Positions 25,015 through 38,194 of a stretch of 55,624 bases of DNA are shown here, one piece after another. The stretch spans positions 158,195,838-158,251,461 of the forward strand of contig NC_068982.1 of NCBI RefSeq assembly GCF_001194135.2, given 5' to 3'. How positions within the stretch are numbered: position 1 is the stretch's first letter; every line of letters starts with the position of its first letter. Under the pieces are notes generated by a model. It made no database searches, was not told the origin of the DNA, and worked only from the letters and a program-made list of their open reading frames with translations. The stretch comes from Octopus bimaculoides (lineage: Eukaryota). Position numbers and translations under genes: made by a program.

Positions 25015-25170
25015 AGACCTGTAATTTTAGGGATGAGTGTTAGTCGAATACATGAACCCCAATTCTTGACTGGTGCTTTATTTTATCGAACCCGAAAGGA
25101 TAAAAGGCAAAGTTGACCTCAGAACTTTATCTGTCGTGCTTCCAATTCTGTCAGCTCACCACTTTATTCC
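25015..25170 (-). mobile_element. Internally deleted SINE copy (22508 family)
   Basis: gactggtgctttattttatcgaacccgaaaggataaaaggcaaagttgacctc...ttctgtcagctcacc is the reverse complement of the body and head. Confidence 0.65.
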
Positions 25171-25315
25171 TGCAAGAAATAATGACCAAATCTTCAAAAT
25201 ATCCCGAGTTATTGTCTTAAAAAAAGAAAGGACAAACAGGATAGTGTAGTCTTTCAATATATTTCGTACATGTTGCTGTGTAGTTATCTCTTAGCCCTAA
25301 GTCAGCTAAAGGTTA

Positions 25316-25372
25316 AACAACAACAACAGCAGCAGCAGCAGTAGCAGCAGCAATAGCAACAACAACAACAGC
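25316..25372. repeat. Compound (CAA)n/(CAG)n trinucleotide tract
   Basis: aacaacaacaacagcagcagcagcagtagcagcagcaatagcaacaacaacaacagca; no coding context found. Confidence 0.9.
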
Positions 25373-26337
25373 AATATATCTAAAATACCGTCAAATTACA
25401 AGCTTACAATCTTCTGACCTGCTCCCAACGTCAGATTAATAATACTTTGTTTTGTTTGACATATACGTAAATCAAGGATTACAAATAGCAATGTCTTCGT
25501 GGAGAAAGCAGAGAGGAAAATCATCCATGTTTTATACAACTCCTAATGCGTCATGTATATACCATTATAAAATTGCAGAATGTGTTATAATGTATGAAAA
25601 CATCATGAGTATATAACAAAATGTTCTGAACTTCTGACAACATGTATTACATTATTGCGTTTCATTAGGTTCTTATTCCTATTCTTGTTGGGATTAATTG
25701 CAATTTCCATTCTTAGGAGACAAATCCTTTGGGAGGTTGTATTAACACTTTCCTCCACAAGGATATTTTACCTTTTACCTTTCATTATGTTTTCATATGA
25801 ATGGTGGCTTGCTTATTAGTTCCGTTATTTTCTATTTCTAAGTTTAGAATAGATTGGGGACGCTGTTATTTTTTACCACAAGGTCATACTTGATCGATCT
25901 GATATTTCATCATTTGTGCTCCTGTCATTTCATCTCATTGTTTCTGTCTTCTATCAAGGACTTCATATTCAAATATGTAGAACTAGAGTAACAGTTGATA
26001 GGGATGCAGCCGCTAAATCCAGCAGGTCGAGCGTCTGCATACAATTTCTTTCTTTGATGACAAATAATACTCATAATATAACCAAAACAATAAAACTCAT
26101 ACTAAGTTCGATTTTGTTATCCCTCCAGCGACTTTAATATATAAAAGTAGTAGATAATCGTTTGCAGGGTCACAGATTAATTCATCTCTACTCTTCTGAA
26201 ATATGGGAATTTGTATGCCAAGGTACAAACTAATAAGAAGCATAATCTGAGACATACGGTTATGCTATTTTGAGTGAAGTTTCAGATTTTCTAGAAGTAA
26301 TTCATTTAGCCAAACGCGATTTTATTTTCTTAAACCG

Positions 26338-26383
<46 letters not shown>

Positions 26384-26692
26384 CTAGGGGAATACAAACT
26401 AAGACAACAAATACAGAGTAANNNNNNNNNNNNNNNNNNNNNNNNNNNNNNNNNNNNNNNNNNNNNNNNNNNNNNNNNNNNNNNNNNNNNNNNNNNNNNN
26501 NNNNNNNNNNNNNNNNNNNNNNNNNNNNNNNNNNNNNNNNNNNNNNNNNNNNNNNNNNNNNNNNNNNNGGGTGAGAGAGAGGGGGTCAGAGTGAGAAGTG
26601 ACAGAGAAAGAGAAAATTACGAAGATTTACAACACCAATTATACATACATACACATGCACACATACACACACACACACAGACACACGCACAG

Positions 26693-26727
<35 letters not shown>

Positions 26728-26849
26728 TACATATATATACAAAGTATGTGCGTATAAAAGTATAGAGCTACATATACACACATATATATACAATTATACA
26801 AAACATATAAGACTGTGTGTATTGATATATCTATATATATATATGTGTG

Positions 26850-26909
<60 letters not shown>

Positions 26910-27304
26910 ACGTTTGAATGGCTATGTTTATATACACGTGCACACACACATACACACGCACACATATATACAGAGACCATGGTTTGGTGTGTATATGCAT
27001 ATGTTAACCAAGTGAATAGAAAGACAATGAGAAATCTCCTGATATTTAGCAGCGTAGAAAATGTTCTTACCAATCAATTATTAGAAAAACATATTGATCT
27101 TGTGATGAAAAGTAAATAAGTTAATTGTAGTTGTCCTTTAAACTAACAAAAACAAGTAGCCGTATTGAGCGAATCTCATTTGTAGTTCGATAAATGAAAA
27201 CAGACAAAAATATTCATTGAGGCATTTCAAAATTACAAGGATTTTAATTCATGCTAGTATTTCTATACTAAATTGTTACAATAAAGTAGAAGAGAATATA
27301 TTAT

Positions 27305-27852
27305 GTTTACTCTTTTACTTGTTTCAGTCATTTGACTGTGGCTATGCTGGAGCATCGCCTTTATTCAAGCAAATCGACCCAAGGACTTATTCTTTGTAAG
27401 CTTAGTACTTATTCTATCGGTCTCTTTTCCCCAACCGCTAAGTTACGGGGACGTAAACACACCAGAATCGGTTGTCAAGCGATGTTGGGGGGGACAAACA
27501 CAGACACACAAACATATACACACGCGCGTATATATATATATATATATNNNNNNNNNNNNNNNNNNNNNNNNNNNNNNNNNNNNNNNNNNNNNNNNNNNNN
27601 NNNNNNNNNNNNNNNNNNNNNNNNNNNNNNNNNNNNNNNNNNNNNNNNTATATATTTATATATATATATATACATACATGTATAAGATGAGCCTCTTTCA
27701 GTTTCCGTCTACCAAATCCAATCACAAAGCTTTGGTCGTCGGCCCGAGGCAATAGTACAAGACACTTGCTCAAGATGCCACGCAGTGGGACTGAACGCGG
27801 AACAATGTGGTTCGTAAGGAAGCTACTTACCACACACCCACTCCTACGCCTA
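27305..27852 (-). mobile_element. Composite tRNA-derived SINE with a central microsatellite
   Basis: Head at 27852-27690 (reverse complement gtgtggtaagtagcttcc...gttcagtcccactgcgtggc...gacggaaactgaaag), central (TA)/(TG) tract with a gap, and 3' body ending gactgaaacaagtaaaagagtaaa. The same layout occurs at 38195-38985. Confidence 0.9.
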
Positions 27853-28119
27853 TAGAAAAAATATGGAACGCTTCACGAATCTGCGTGTCACCTGGGTTTT
27901 TCTTGAACTGCTAAGTGTTTTTTATTCAGCCTAATGACAGAAACGAGAATAGCAGTATCAATGATATTTTCCTACTTTTAGAGCTCTTGAAAGAATGATG
28001 AGGTTTCGTTAGAGAAGGAACGATAGCGTTTATGCATGTTTTTTATGCCTCTAAGATTGGAAGCAGAAAAGGAAAACATGTAGCTGCACAAGAAAGAAAG
28101 TCAGCTCAAATGTTTTCAA

Positions 28120-28290
28120 CATAGTAGACTTCTCAAAGGGTACATACAGTTTCTATTGAACAAACTAGTCACAGAAATTTCTGCCGACCTGAGGTTGTGG
28201 TAAAAGATCATACTTAACCAAAATGCTAAACAATGTGGTCAATGCTATCGAAGTGGAAGCATTTGCTTGTAAACTAAACTTCCTAATCAC
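28120..28290 (-). mobile_element. Highly eroded head of the composite SINE family
   Basis: cagtttcta...gtaaaagatcatactt...gaagc...ttcctaatcacacagcc loosely parallels 27700-27840. Confidence 0.4.
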
Positions 28291-29334
28291 ACAGCCAAAC
28301 TCGTACCCAAGCTGTACAATGAATATAATCATTAACATCTCTGGATTTTGTCATAGGCAATTAATTCAGCCCTAAAGATATTTTCAATAGTTGTGTTGTA
28401 GCTTCCAACAACTGTTCAACATGAAAAAAGCTGAAGTAGTTTTATGAGCAAAACGAATAGAAAAATAGTCCATTTATTAAACCAGTGAATTACATTATAT
28501 GGAAAATATTCGTTCATTCAATAGATACAAAGGCTGATTGTCAGAATATTTGAATATACCTTTTTAAATGGTTGCATGAAATGTTTCAAACAACTTTGCA
28601 TCGAAATTTCAGTGGTAAAATCTAACATAAAGAATATCAATGGTTAATCACACTTAAGCAATCAATGATTAAGGTTCAATATGGTCGTTCAAGTTATTTA
28701 GAAATATCAGACAAGTTCACTCATACAGCAACGTAGCAACTTAAAAGGTATATAAACGTTAGAAGATACGAACTTGGTTAAACTCTATCTGAAAAAAAAA
28801 CCAAACAAAAAAAAAAACAGAAAGGGCAAATCTGGAACGCAGTTGATCATAGATCTACTAAATAAGGATAACCTAGTGTACAACAGCATTAAGTAATATG
28901 GAGTATATTAACGGTAGCCGAATCTATTTAAAACACTAGGTTGCCATGAGCCTATAGAAAGATCTTGTCAATGAATCTGATCGTAAAAGCAATGGAAGTC
29001 TAGAATTATTGTTGTTGTTGTTATTTAACTCTATGTTGTCTGAAGATATCTACTTACAAAAAGCTCTAGCTGTTGCGATGAGGTCTTCCCGTTTAACATT
29101 GATTATTATTTCTAGTTGACCAAACGGCTGTATAGACTTTCTAAAGTTGCTGTAATGAAGTGTTAAGGTTATAAATGTAACGTTTTGTTGGAAGAATCTG
29201 TATGAAAATTACCCATTTACACAGAAAATGAACTGTGGAGAGGCTTGGGTGACAATAGCATTGAGAGCAGGCGAATGAAGCGTTGCAGGTAACCTTTTCT
29301 AGCTCAACAGATAACCAACAGATATAGGCGAGAG

Positions 29335-29443
<109 letters not shown>

Positions 29444-30420
29444 AGGGATTTTCATGCTAAATAATGATGAAAGCTTTTTCTTTTAAGGCAAAGAAATATT
29501 AGTGCATGAACTTGCAGGAAAAAGATCTCTTGAAATTCTGACACAACAAGCTTGGGTAACATTTATTTGGTGAAAGGAGATGCTTCTTTTCTCTATAAAT
29601 TTTGAAATGCTGGTGGTGAGAGAACTGGGTCTGCAGTGGGGAGAATATTTAATCTATTACTAGCAATTTACATTTCGACACGTCAAAATTACAAACGCTA
29701 GAGCAAGGAACTAAATATCCAAAATCTTGATGGCGTAGGTGTACGCCACTAGTCAGCTAGTAATTGCTAGTGGTTGCCAAGACAACTCGTGTAGGAATCC
29801 GGGTTAATCAGAAATGCAAATGAATAGCACAGGATGGAAGATACTCTGGATCTAGTAAAGACAAATAACTGTGCGTTCTACTGACCCATTAAAAAACGGA
29901 AGATTAATTATTGACTGCAAGAACCAATGCTTATAGAGTTCTGTTCAATGCAAATCAATTTCTGCAAAAGTTAATGAATTCTACACATGCGAAGACTGAG
30001 ACAAGTAATTCTGTTTAAATATAGCATATTGATATGGAACTGGGTATGGAGATAGTAGAAAGCGCCATTGATTTTTAATAAATTCCACAAAGTTAAGCCT
30101 TTGACCGAGATTAATTTTCCAGTTGAGCCGATTATTTCATTAATTTCTGAAACATCGATTTTACTCAATAACCCGGAAAGTGGTAGGTGCTATCAGACAC
30201 ACTTGCTCCCAACATGCTTCACGAAGACGAAATCACTGATGGTGTCTGAAGAATAATTAAATGCAGCAGAACATTATCATTATAGAAGTGATGGTTGAGG
30301 AAATACAATGATGCGATAGACACTTTAACTGCATGTAGGTCGACATCCTATTATCAGCATTCCGCAACATATCTAGAATAATTTGTTCAATCGTTCATCC
30401 ATGTTTCAAAGCTTTCACTG

Positions 30421-30470
<50 letters not shown>

Positions 30471-30534
30471 ATATATGTATATACATATATATAAAACATA
30501 TATATATATACATACACCTATATATAACACAAAC

Positions 30535-30660
30535 CTACCTACGTGCCTGACTACCTACCTACCTATCTACCTACCTACCTACCTACCAACCTACCTACCT
30601 ACCTACCTACCTACCTACCTACTTACATAATACATACATACATACATACATAATACATAC
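30535..30660. repeat. (CCTA)n then (CATA)n tetranucleotide microsatellites
   Basis: Directly visible acctacctacct...acatacatac. Confidence 0.9.
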
Positions 30661-32478
30661 ATACACCACACAACTATATGCAAACAGATAAAATGGAATA
30701 AGTTATTTTCCTATAAAAATTGCCTTAATACATAGTCAAAAATGTTCAGCATTTTGATTTTCGAAATCCATAATTCCTGCAGCTTGATTCTAGTGATAAT
30801 ATTTTCTTGGTTTCTTTCTTATTTTATCAATAAATTTCAAAAATGAGCATATACATATTTATTTGCAGACACACTGGCTGGGTTAATGTATGTTCTCTGT
30901 AATTAGGACTTCCACGTATTGATTGGCATCTCCATTATGTACATGTTTACTGAGAACGACTACATTATATCAATTCACACATATACAATTACATTTCCAT
31001 ATTTATCTCATCATAAAGAATTATATACACTTTGTGCAACGAATTAAGTCCTACGCTAACTGTTCAACGCTGAATACATTTGTCAAAAGCTGCGAAAGTA
31101 AAAACAGATGTATAATATCTGGATTTAGTCTGTTATATTTAAAATATAGCTTCGAATGAGAGTGATCTATCACTACCGAACTAGAAAAACCACAAGTTAC
31201 AAAAATGAATATGAAGCGTACATGAACGACGAAATTACACCCCCTGGCACGTACTGGAATATATAGCTCAACACATATTTACACAAAAAGTATATATACG
31301 AGCGACAATTAACAATTGTGTGACTGAGTTTATGAATATACACATAGAGAAGCATCGTCAGAAGTAGGGATATACGCATGCATACATATACACCCCTACA
31401 CACACATATATCTGGTACACAAGCATACACACAAGCACACACACACACTCACACACGCATATGCCTATGCATATATATATATATATATATATNNNNNNNN
31501 NNNNNNNNNNNNNNNNNNNNNNNNNNNNNNNNNNNNNNNNNNNNNNNNNNNNNNNNNNNNNNNNNNNNNNNNNNNNNNNNNNNNNNNNNNNNNNNNNNNN
31601 NNNNNNNNNNNNNNNNNNNNNNNNNNNNNNNNNNNNNNNNNNNNNNNNNNNNNNNNNNNNNNNNNNNNNNNNNNNNNNNNNNNNNNNNNNNNNNNNNNNN
31701 NNNNNNNNNNNNNNNNNNNNNNNNNNNNNNNNNNNNNNNNNNNNNNNNNNNNNNNNNNNNNNNNNNNNNNNNNNNNNNNNNNNNNNNNNNNNNNNNNNNN
31801 NNNNNNNNNNNNNNNNNNNNNNNNNNNNNNNNNNNNNNNNNNNNNNNNNNNNNNNNNNNNNNNNNNNNNNNNNNNNNNNNNNNNNNNNNNNNNNNNNNNN
31901 NNNNNNNNNNNNNNNNNNNNNNNNNNNNNNNNNNNNNNNNNNNNNNNNNNNNNNNNNNNNNNNNNNNNNNNNNNNNNNNNNNNNNNNNNNNNNNNNNNNN
32001 NNNNNNNNNNNNNNNNNNNNNNNNNNNNNNNNNNNNNNNNNNNNNNNNNNNNNNNNNNNNNNNNNNNNNNNNNNNNNNNNNNNNNNNNNNNNNNNNNNNN
32101 NNNNNNNNNNNNNNNNNNNNNNNNNNNNNNNNNNNNNNNNNNNNNNNNNNNNNNNNNNNNNNNNNNNNNNNNNNNNNNNNNNNNNNNNNNNNNNNNNNNN
32201 NNNNNNNNNNNNNNNNNNNNNNNNNNNNNNNNNNNNNNNNNNNNNNNNNNNNNNNNNNNNNNNNNNNNNNNNNNNNNNNNNNNNNNNNNNNNNNNNNNNN
32301 NNNNNNNNNNNNNNNNNNNNNNNNNNNNNNNNNNNNNNNNNNNNNNNNNNNNNNNNNNNNNNNNNNNNNNNNNNNNNNNNNNNNNNNNNNNNNNNNNNNN
32401 NNNNNNNNNNNNNNNNNNNNNNNNNNNNNNNNNNNNNNNNNNNNNNNNNNNNNNNNNNNNNNNNNNNNNNNNNNNNNN

Positions 32479-32542
<64 letters not shown>

Positions 32543-32841
32543 CACACACACACAAATGTATGTGCGTATTTACGAAATGCAGTTATGTCCTGCGCTATCT
32601 GTGATATTACTCAGTCTAACATACAGAAATATATAACAAAGTAAATTCACACACAGACGTGTGCGTGCGTACATACACATGTATATAAACATATATTTGT
32701 ACAAATGTACATATGTTTCTACAGATATATATATATATATATATATGTGCATGTGTGTGTAGGTATGTGTGTATATCTATATATCTATCTATCTATCTAT
32801 CTATCTATCTAACTGTCTGTCTTTATACGTGTATGCATACT

Positions 32842-32958
<117 letters not shown>

Positions 32959-34758
32959 TGATAGGCAAACTCCTACGTATGTTACTAGGTAGAGAGGTAA
33001 GTATGTAATAAGGAACTCGAACAGAAAAGAAAAATACCCTTATGCAAGTGTTTCGACCCTTAACTCCATACAATCTAATGGGGCTGAGCAGCATCCAGAT
33101 CATGACTCCTGGATACCCATTTATATTGGGCCTTGCACCTTCCAGGTTTGTTAGGCCCCATAAATCCGAGATTGACTTGGATATTATAACATCTTCAAGC
33201 TGTGACACAATGATGTTTCCTTTCCATCTTCGTGGACTAGATCCTGTTGGAAACATTTTCAGCTGTTTTTTGCGATTGCCTTTAGAGATCTGGTCCTCTT
33301 TATCCTAGAAATTCAGAGCCATTAGATTAAATTATATGCAAGTTTGCTCCAGACACCTTGTATCCACCTCTATGGCGAAGACATTCGTTTAGAATTTATA
33401 TTCTTTGAAAGTATTGACTGAAACGGCAGTCATGTAGATCTTGTAAATAACGTTTCGTAAATAAGATCAATACTGTTGCACTTGTATATTTTTCCTAGTG
33501 TAATGTAAGGTAAATGGGATATAAAAATGTATAGTGAATAAATGTTTGGATGATTTGAGAGCTGCCCAAAAAAGATCTTAAATGACTTTTTTGTACCACG
33601 AATGCTTACGTATATAAATATATAAATACTTACAGACATATATACATTTTTCAAGGATATTGATACGCATCCATAAATATATACATATATTCACTCTTGC
33701 GCATACACACATATATATAGACACATGGATATGAACATATCTATCTATCTAAAATTAAAGGATAGGAGTTTACATATCCGATCGCCTAAAATACATTTAG
33801 CGTTATCAAAGGTCCAATAGGATATATATAAAAAATCCAACTGTTTCAAAATACTTTCGACCTTCAATACTTGCAACATAAATACATGTAAGGTATAACA
33901 ATAGTTGGGGCAAACACACTTTTAACACCATTTTAAAATTTAAAGAATTACTTGTTTTGCAAAGCAGAGTAAAAGAATGAAAACACACTTTTTAAATGCA
34001 TTTTGTTTACGAATTTCGATCGAGTAACTTGACTGATTTAACACTGATATTTCGAACAGGATAAACTCATACATAAGTTGCATATATAGAATATTACATT
34101 TATATACAGTGTGAGGGACATATCTGATGAATACATTATCACATTTAAAGTTGATATATATTTGGAATATGTAATGATTTTAATTCTATGATAAACAGCT
34201 GCAAAGTGGAATGCATATGGAAAAAACGAAAATATATCATATGTAATAACAAAATTTAATTTTGCGCAACAGTTAAATTTCGTTGTAGTGTGAGATACAT
34301 TAGAATCCAACTAGTTAAGTAATACATGTTCATACACACATACACGCACCTATAATAATAAAACTAAGCATGTATAAAAAAATATGTGTGTGTGTAAGTA
34401 TATACATATATATGCATATATATATATTCAAAATTTAAGTTAGTTGAAATATGTTTGTCACATATTTCAGCTGCTAAAGACAAATACACTGCAGTTACCG
34501 TGGAGAAAAATTCTCTCTTATGGTGAAAAGGTGTGAAAACATCCCATTCGTTCAGTGTCACCCTCTCTCGGGAATCTGAGACATCGATGTTTTGAGTTTG
34601 TTGAATCTTGTCGATCAGATGTACCTGAGATGGGAAACCCTGAACGAACTGACAAAGCTAATAGCTTTATATACAATTCAGCCAACACATTGACTGATTT
34701 GCGCTAGTAGATCTCCCGATCGAGAACAATATCGGATATATATATATANNNNNNNNNN

Positions 34759-34811
<53 letters not shown>

Positions 34812-35720
34812 TGAGACAGTAGTGGCCAACGGAGGCACCTCAAAGAAAACCAAAATAGTGACCGGTGTTCCACAGAGCATTGTATTGGGACCACTGCTTT
34901 TCGTACTGGGCCCCTGAGATATGCCCCCAGCTGCCCGGGTAGCCACTCTTGCTAGCTATGCAGTTGATACGAAAGTCTTGCAGAAAATGCAGAAGTGCAG
35001 CGATGTTGCACTCCTGCAGCAGAAATTGGACTGCATTTACAGATGGGCTGAGGACAACAATATGCAGTTTAATGCTAAAAAAATCCAAACCCTACGCTAC
35101 CACCGTCCAAAACTGGTATACAACTTACTTGAACACTGGTCCACAGGAGATTACAATGCCAGAGCCTAAATCACTGAGGGACTTGGGAATCGACATGAGT
35201 GATGATGCCTATTTCGATTGTGCACATTACCAGGATTGCCGCAAAGTGCAGACGACTTGCTGGATGGATCTTGAGAGCATTCAGAACAAGAGAGAGGGAA
35301 ACCATATTGGTCCTCTGGAGGACGTTCATCTTGGAGGACGTTCGTCTTGGAGGACGTTCGTCTTGGAGGACGCTCGTCCTGCTCCTAGCTATTGTCACCC
35401 AACAGAGTAAAATTAACAGCGTACCTTGAAGCAATCCAGCGATGTTTCACAAAAAATATCATCTCGTTGTAAAAGCTACTTGGAAAGGCTGAAGCAGCTA
35501 AGATCCCACCTCCTGGAGCGAAGGTGAGAGAGGTATGCAGAAATATACATCTGGAAGATCCTTGAAGGAATTGTACCAAATTTTGGCACTCAAATCTACA
35601 CCAGTGCCAGAACAGGTTAACACTGCACAGTGGCAAAGATTCCAACAATGCCACCGCACTTCAGGACCAGTTACATGACTTATTTGGAGTTAGAATTTCT
35701 AATCTCTTTACTCATCTATA
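34812..35720 (+). mobile_element. CR1/L2-group LINE reverse-transcriptase remnant
   Basis: VVANGGTSKKTKIVTGVPQSIVLGPLLFVL..DMP...SYAVDTKV...LQQKLDCIYRWAEDNNMQFNAKK, matching GVPQG.VLGPLLF, YADD and W..NNM.FN..K. Later frames give LRDLGIDMSDD and GWILRAFRTR; several stops and frameshifts. Confidence 0.9.
35316..35379 (+). repeat. Four copies of a 16-bp tandem repeat (TGGAGGACGTTCGTCT) inside the LINE
   Basis: Units start at 35316, 35332, 35348 and 35364, with at most two mismatches each. Confidence 0.95.
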
Positions 35721-36519
35721 GAGGGAACGTCTCTAAAAACCTTTCTCACTAATATTTTCAAATAACCGTTATGGCCTTTAGTTTTAGTTAATACCTAACT
35801 AGACTCACACATATCGTTCTATCTCATAAGGATAAATATGAATCTCCTACACTCTCTTCTGCTTTTTTTCTTTCTTAAGTGCTTTGTAAAAAAATTTCTT
35901 TATACTTCTTGCACTGAATAGTGCAGTGTTATATAATTTATTTAATTTAATCTAATTAATTTAATTAATTCTATTCAACCAAGCATTTGCATGAATTTTA
36001 TATCGCTGTACGAAATGATCGTCTGCATGAATTAAAATTCTCTTATATATATTAAGACCTTCTTTTGTCCATCTAAAAAAAAATTGTTGAGTTTTATAGG
36101 ATCTCTTTCCGTAAATTCACAAGACACCATATACAAGTATTATTTTCATATTCGCAATTTTACGCCGGTAAGCTATCAGGAAAATATGAAGAATCTATAT
36201 TAGAAATCATTTGGAAACCTCCAAATTAAAAGACGAACCTAATTCAACCTTTTTACACACACACACACACCCTTTTTACACACACACACACACACANNNN
36301 NNNNNNNNNNNNNNNNNNNNNNNNNNNNNNNNNNNNNNNNNNNNNNNNNNNNNNNNNNNNNNNNNNNNNNNNNNNNNNNNNNNNNNNNNNNNNNNNNNNN
36401 NNNNNNNNNNNNNNNNNNNNNNNNNNNNNNNNNNNNNNNNNNNNNNNNNNNNNNNNNNNNNNNNNNNNNNNNNNNNNNNNNNNNNNNNNNNNNNNNNNNN
36501 NNNNNNNNNNNNNNNNNNN

Positions 36520-36556
<37 letters not shown>

Positions 36557-36885
36557 ATATATATATATATGTATACATATATATACACACTCATTTATAT
36601 GTATATATACGCACATATGCGTACTTATATATACATATATACATATGTATATACATGTATACCTACACACACACGCATATATGTGTGTGTGCGTGTGTGT
36701 GTGTGTGTGTGTGTACACACATAGATATGGATACGATTCTGTATACCGACAAGTGTGTCAATATACTGTGTATGAACTTGTGTGTATGAAATTGCGTATG
36801 CGCGTGCATGTGTTTTTTTGTGTAAGTGAGTACATGTGCCGTTGTGGATATAAATGCAAAAGTAGCTTAGAACACGTACAGTCAC

Positions 36886-37066
36886 CTTGCCGCATCAACG
36901 AGCTGACAGTAAACCAGAGGCTGTTGAGAATTGTAAATTGGTTCTCCACTACATCAGAATCTGGGTTGCAAGGATGTGGGTTATACCATTCATAAGGACT
37001 GAAGCGAGCTAGTACGAACAGCATAAAACTGACGCACAAGTAAGCTGCTACCACATATACCCAAAC
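36886..37066 (-). CDS. GRIK2: Kainate-type ionotropic glutamate receptor exon: M1, intracellular loop and M2 pore loop including the Q/R site
   Basis: Acceptor tttctgtttccag|GTT at 37067/37066 and donor CAA G|gtgact at 36886/36885; 181 nt, phase 0 in and phase 1 out. Encodes [60 protein letters not shown](G); [23 protein letters not shown] matches vertebrate GluK2 as I recall it. Confidence 0.97.
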
Positions 37067-37654
37067 CTGGAAACAGAAATAGGAAAAGTGCTAATGTAAG
37101 TTATTTATTGCGAACATATGTGTATAATAAAGCAATGAATGAATGACTTACTGAATGAATGAATGAAAGAATGAACGAGAAAGCGAAATAGATATCGATA
37201 AAAGTGAAAGAAGAATGAAAATGTAGGTGCTTAGAAATTAATTTGAGCGAGTGCTAGAATTAAAGAAGAAAGTTAGAAATACGTTTATTAGAAGAGCGAA
37301 ATAGAAATTGTTATGAAATGAAGGTATGCAGTGAGAATTATGTTAGTTGCTTGTTATACTGACAATGTAGCAGATATGTTGACTGTATTAGAAGTCATCC
37401 GTGAGACAGTCTAATGAGAGGAACGAAGGCAGAAGAACATGTTTTCTTGTCACTCCTTTATTTGCAAATGATTAAACATTCTTTTTATTGTTCTGCTTTA
37501 CTACAGTATCTTCTTCATACAGAAATTATTTCTGAGAAGTTATTTTCGAATCATTTTTGTATTAATATCTCTAATCAGTGAAATATTTGCGCACACAATA
37601 ATAACCATCACTGGCCGGTGTATGATTATGACTGACAATTCCAAGTAGATTATA

Positions 37655-37700
37655 CTTCGCTGAGGAGGTCCAATACGGTCGAAATAGGTCTGGAATTATC
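37655..37700 (+). ncRNA. Minimal type-I hammerhead ribozyme-like motif with intact core boxes
   Basis: ttcg-CTGAGGA-ggtc[caatac]ggtc-GAAA-tag-GTC-tggaa. CUGANGA (37660-37666), GAAA (37681-37684) and the GUC cleavage triplet (37688-37690) are all present; the helices rely on G-U pairs. Confidence 0.55.
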
Positions 37701-37869
37701 ACCAAGGTTCCTTAGGCAAAATATTCATTCCACCCACACATTTCTATTTCATTCTGTTGCAAATTTCATTAATTCGTTTCATTCATTTTCTTTCTCATTA
37801 GAAGTATATTTATTATTAAACAAGTTTATTTTGAATCAGTAAGTTAAGTAAAGAAATTTAATCTCAACT

Positions 37870-37956
<87 letters not shown>

Positions 37957-38194
37957 TACACTAAGGTATGTTGATGCAGACAGGAAAAATAGTACTTAGA
38001 ATATGAGTATATGTATATATTTTTTACGAATATTTAGTAGAAGTAACAGCATGACTGAAGGTCAGAGAATTTCGTGCGTTGGCACTTAACAAAGTAAGTT
38101 TCATAAGTGCCAACGTACGGGACCCTCAAACTTTGAGTCACTCTGTTAATACTATTAAATTTTAATAGAATATATTCTTTGACATTTTTATAAT

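Noticed and set aside
34622-34650. cctgaga-t-ggg-aaa-ccc-tgaacg hammerhead-like string
   Set aside because: Both core boxes are incomplete and no helix I was found.
35316-35379. 16-bp repeats as a CRISPR array
   Set aside because: No spacers, eukaryotic context, and embedded in a LINE.
36830-36910. Local exon-intron pairing (exon UGUCAGCUCGUUGAUG with intron CACAACGGCACA) as an editing-complementary sequence
   Set aside because: Only about 12 bp with three bulges, too weak to call without folding calculations.
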